From the NCBI GenBank assembly GCA_013239625.1, contig MU056898.1, forward strand, positions 1,207,717 to 1,271,716: DNA of 64,000 nucleotides, read 5' to 3'. Shown here piece by piece: positions 59,926 to 64,000 of this stretch (position 1 is its first letter; each line of letters starts with the position of its first letter). Both the position numbers and the translations under genes were made by a program. The notes beneath the pieces were generated by a model that did not search any database, was not told the DNA's origin, and saw only the letters and a list, made by a program, of their open reading frames with translations. The stretch comes from Lama guanicoe (Eukaryota).

Positions 59926-61599
59926 CTTGGGGGCATCTGCCTTCCTCACACCCTCAGACGAGCCCGGATCCTCACACCGCAGGCCTGGAGCCCCCGCACC
60001 AGCTTGTAGGGGACGGCTGAGGCACCATGTTTTGTCATCACCGAGGTGGGACAGCAGGGACTCACTGGGCTGTCGGAGGCTGGCTGAGCCAGGTGGAGGG
60101 AGGTCCCGGGGTCCTGTGTTTAGTGACGACCCCCAGTAGGGGGGGTCCGGGCGGACATCAGAGTGGGGTCATTCAGCCTTCACTCAGCACTGGAGCAGCC
60201 CAGCTTCTGGGGCCGGGACCGCCTCAGCCCAGAGCAGAGGCCCCCCTCCTGCTCTGAGACCTTCCACGTCAGGGTTTCCTGTAGCCTCATCCAGCAGCCC
60301 CCTCCTCACTGGAGCCCCAGGTTTGCGAAGGCAGTACTTACCACTCTGTGGGGGGGAAGGCCCCCTCGGTGCCCCTGGGCCCCAGGCTGGGAGTGTGGGG
60401 GTCAGGGGACCAGGCCCTTCTCTCTCCCCCTCCTGAGCCCCACGAGGAGCTGGAGGCCAGGTCCAGGTGTGGGAGAGGCCGTGTCCCTGTGGCCCTGGCC
60501 CTCCCGCCCCCAGGCCTGGACCCGGCCTCCCTCCTGCATGAAATCGGCTGAGACCAGACGCCGCCAACGGTAATAAAATGCTCAAGTCAGAACTTGACAC
60601 AAAATCATTGGCCCATAAAAACGCACCGAGAGGCCCTTGTGTCACCGCGTGCAGGCAGTGCTTACCAGGTGGCAGTTCCCAGACGGGCGGAGTGGACAGT
60701 CACCCCCGGGGCAGCTCTTGCTGCGACAGCTCAGGTGGTAGGGTCCCACTGGGCCCGGCGGCCAGGAGAGGGTCACACGGGCCAGAAGGCCAGGAGTGAC
60801 CTGGAACGTGGGCCAGGACTGAAGCTCTTGATCTTTGCCCAGTGGGCAGCAGAGGGAGCGGTCACCTCTGGCCACCACGGGGGTGCAGAGGCCAGGCGGG
60901 CCGCCGGAACGTGCTTGTCTCGGTTGCCCGGCCAGAACTAAACTCCACCTGCCCCGGGAAAAAGGCAGGTACGGGAAGGATTTGGGTGGGGCCGAGGAGT
61001 CGGGCCCGGAGAGTCCTGCCAGGGCCCCCGTCACCCCCCACCCCACTGCCCGTCCTGCCACAGGGTCCCACGGCCACAGGCTGCCCAGCACCTGTCCCTG
61101 GGCTTTGTGTCACCTCCAGAGACCTGTCCCCGGCGAGACCTGTTCCTTTGGAGCCCGGGCCTCGCCGGCCACCCGGCCCACTCCATAGGGGACAGGGGGC
61201 CCCAGGCAGCCGACACCCCCACCAAGTCCAACCTCATGTGAGCGCCGGGCCTGGTGTCATCCCTGCCTCTGTCTCCCCACCTCCCGACATGGGGACAGGG
61301 GCTCCGAGGCCTCTCCCAGGTGGAAAGCCCACCCTGGGCCTGGGCCTCCCTCCTGGGGCCCCCCAGGCTGACAGTGCTCCAACGACAGGGTTTCCTCCCG
61401 TGACCAGAGGCAGGAAGGGCAGGAGGGGCGTCCGGCCCGCCCCAGGGACGGGGCACAGGCCCCCTAACGTCCTCCCGGGTCGACGCAGTCACCTGTGCTG
61501 ACTCCCCCCGCCTCCCTGCTGCCTGCCGTGGCGTTGAGTGAACTCCGGAAGGTTCTGGCCCGGGGACCCCACCGCCGCCGGCTCGTTAGTGGGACCCGT

Positions 61600-61665
61600 G
61601 CTAAGTGGTTGTTAAGCCGCTAATGACTAATTTTAAGGGATTAGTGCCGCGGCGGTAAGCCGTGA
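61600..61665. promoter_or_regulatory. Candidate enhancer with K50 homeodomain-type sites
   Basis: TAAGCC at 61613 and 61656, GGATTA at 61638, TAATGA at 61621, CTAATT at 61627, all within about 50 nt. Confidence 0.4.
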
Positions 61666-61869
61666 GTGCCAGGATGTGGCGGCGCTGGGTGTGTGGCAGG
61701 CTCCTTCCAGCTTCCCGAGGCGCCCGGGGAGGACCGCGCCGCCCCCACTCGGGGCCGCCAGCCCCAGCGCCTGCGATGTCCATTGTCTCCTTCCTGCCCG
61801 CACACTCCTGCTTCCTGTCCTGGAAACGAGTAAAGCCCTGGGCCTTCTCCAGCTCCTCAGACTCCGAGG

Positions 61870-61945
61870 TATGGGCGCCGGGACCCACTGAATCAGAATC
61901 TGCATTCGATGTGACGCCACGGTTCCTGTGCCCTGTTCAAGTCGG
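61870..61945. mobile_element. hAT-Charlie DNA transposon fragment, MER5-like
   Basis: gacccactgaatcagaatctgcatt is the MER5A/B hallmark. Confidence 0.65.
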
Positions 61946-62208
61946 CCAGTCCCCCTTCCCGATTTACAAGTTACAAAACTCCTCCCTGTCTGGGAGTTGG
62001 TCCCATCCCACAATGATCCTGCAAGCGGAGTCTTGTCAGAGGAGGGGGCCAAGGTCCTGGAAGGGCGGGACCTGCCTCAGGCCACAGGCACGTCTGTCAG
62101 GCCCGGACTCAAACCCAGCCCTCGGGCCGAGGTCAGCAGCCTCCACCACCCTAGCTTCTGGGGCAAGCTGGGTGACTTCCCTCGTGATTAAATGTCTCCA
62201 GGACGCTA

Positions 62209-62249
62209 GGGCCACTCAAGGGTCGGGCCACTCAAGGGTCAGGCCACTC
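62209..62249 (+). repeat. 16-nt tandem duplication GGGCCACTCAAGGGTC x2.5
   Basis: Two perfect copies (62209-62224, 62225-62240) plus a partial third. Confidence 0.9.
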
Positions 62250-63699
62250 CTGGGCAGCCTGGGAGGGGTGACTCAGAGGTCCGGGGCCTGGAGTCTGGGG
62301 CCAGACAGGTGGGGCGTGCATGTGCCTACATGTGGGACTGTGCACGTGTGTGCCCATGTGTACACGCGTTGGGTGTTAACACGCGCTGTGTGCCTGCGTG
62401 GCTGAGTCACGTGTGCACATGCGTGCAGTGAGGACAGCTGGCTTTACCCAACTTAGATTCCTGCTTCCGGCCCAGAGAGGGGCAGGGCCTTGCCCAGAGT
62501 CACACAGCACTAGGGGCCCACGACGGGGAGCGGGGACCGTGGTGCAGACGTCCTCCAGCCCACCCCTCCACCTGTCTCCGTGTGATTTACGTTTCTTTTC
62601 ATTCCCTTCTGCATCTTCAGCTACACACTTTCCATGCACGTTCAGTGTAGGAAGAAAACCCTCAGCAGGAGAAACACGGAGTGAAAGGAAGGCCCGGCCC
62701 AGCCCAGCCTCGCCCGCCTGGCGGGTGGGCAGACGAAGCGCGGCGTGCGCCTTCATTTCAAACAACTGTGGGTTCTGCTCTGCAGTTTGGGTTTTTTTCC
62801 TCATTTAACAATTGTCTTGGAAATTTTCCATAAAAGCTTCTACCAATACATTCCACTGGGTTTTTGTTGTTGTTTCCAAAATGCTTAAGAAGTTTTATTG
62901 GAAACAATAACCTGCAGAAACCCCGGGTCCTCGTCCTGAAGTGAGACTGGCAGCACCTCAGGACGGCCATCGTCTGAGCCATGTCGACCGCCGCCGTAAA
63001 GACAGACGCAAGCAAACAAACAAATTTCTGGGTCCAGATGAACAAGTGTTGCTTGGAACCCTTCTTCTCGTGGTTCTGGTCCCCACCCTACTCCCAGCCC
63101 CAGGTTTTCCAGAATGAGCAGTAGGTCTGGGTTTTTCCCCGATGGGTTAGTATTTCTGAGACCTGGACTCCTGGCATGCCTTGGGCATGCCGGCCGCCCC
63201 AGCTCGCCCGCCGGCTGCCAGGGGGCGTCCTCCCTTGTGCCTGCGCTGTCGCCCGCAAACTCAAGTGCTGGGGTCCTAGCCCCTGTACCTCAGCATGTGA
63301 CTGTTAGGAGACTGAGCCTTCAGAGAGCTGAGTTACACTGAGGCCTTTAGGCTGGGCCCCAGTCCCCATGACTGTCCCCGTAAGAGGAGGAGACTGGGGC
63401 GCAGACACACACAGGACGGGCACGCCGAGGAGGGAGGCCTCAGGGAGCCAGTCCCGCTCACACCTGGGCCTCGGAGCCCAGCCTCCAGGACTGTGCGGAA
63501 GCCGGTGTCAGTGCCGCTAAGTCGCCCAGACTGTGCTTTCTTGTTCGGGGCACAAGCCGGCCGACGCCGGAGCCTGCCTGCTCTCCCTGGCACCCCGCGG
63601 GACCACTGCCTGGCATTTTTTAATGCAGATTTTACTTCTGATACACATATATTACACATATTTTCATCAGTTTTACTGTCTTCCCAAGAACCTGTAGAA

Positions 63700-63857
63700 C
63701 CACCCTAATGAGAGAAATAATGTGCAAGCCACATGTCATTTGAAATTTTTCAGTAGCCACATTTAAAAAGCAGGCGAACTTACTTTTAAGGGATGTATTT
63801 TATTTAACCCAACATACACCAAATTTTATTCCAACACGTCATCAACATAAAAATTAG
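63700..63857 (+). mobile_element. hAT-Charlie MITE, MER33-like (truncated)
   Basis: gaaataatgtgcaagccacatg...tttttcagtagccacatttaaaa...tattttatttaacccaa. Confidence 0.75.
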
Positions 63858-64000
63858 TTTTGTGATATAAACAAATACTGAATCGTGTTGTGTATCCGAA
63901 ATGAATATAGTATGTCAATTATTTCCTCTTTTTCTGGTTGAAGGGCAGCCAGTTTACAGTGTGTCGGTTCCTGGTGTGCAGCCAGGATGTACACAGATGT
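63858..64000. mobile_element. Two short L1 3'-terminal pieces, tail-to-tail
   Basis: Sense acaaatactgaatc...gaaatgaatatagtatgtcaattat, then antisense tttttctggttgaagggcagccagtttacagtg...ctggtgtgcagc. Confidence 0.5.

Noticed and set aside
60660-60677. CTCF-like motifs (e.g. taccaggtggcagt; others near 10381 and 38813)
   Set aside because: Partial matches are abundant by chance at this GC content and cannot be supported without PWM scoring or ChIP data.
1-64000. Hundreds of 60-370 aa ORFs on both strands (e.g. 5636-6619, 17441-18532, 41874-42989)
   Set aside because: The translations are Pro/Gly/Arg/Ala-rich, overlap in all frames and show no recognisable domains. This is expected from stop-codon scarcity in very GC-rich DNA, and many start at non-ATG codons.

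Overview
This is mammalian genomic DNA, very GC- and CpG-rich, and most likely from a camelid: it has two Vic-1-like tRNA-derived SINEs and I recognised no Alu, B1/B2, Bov-tA, PRE1 or Can-SINE. It holds the 3' end of MAD1L1 (spindle-checkpoint protein Mad1) on the + strand. The penultimate coding exon is 23059-23249, followed by a 34.8-kb last intron, the terminal coding exon 58050-58208 (TAG) and an AATAAA at 58696-58701. Positions 1-23058 are the preceding intron and about 58.7-64 kb is 3' flank. Essentially all other ORFs in the track are GC-composition artefacts or relics of L1 ORF2. The non-coding DNA is ancient L1, L2, MIR, MaLR and hAT relics that are heavily shifted from AT to GC and carry many deletions, punctuated by short AT-rich islands dense in TAAT motifs that look like constrained enhancers. 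The most notable points are the extreme GC/CpG rewriting of dead repeats, the homeodomain-site islands that resisted it, a K50 (CRX/OTX2-type) motif cluster downstream of the gene, and a local inverted duplication that could form a pre-mRNA duplex about 2 kb before the last exon. I found no evidence of a novel protein-coding system. Repeat families were assigned by eye from remembered consensus sequences, so their boundaries are approximate.
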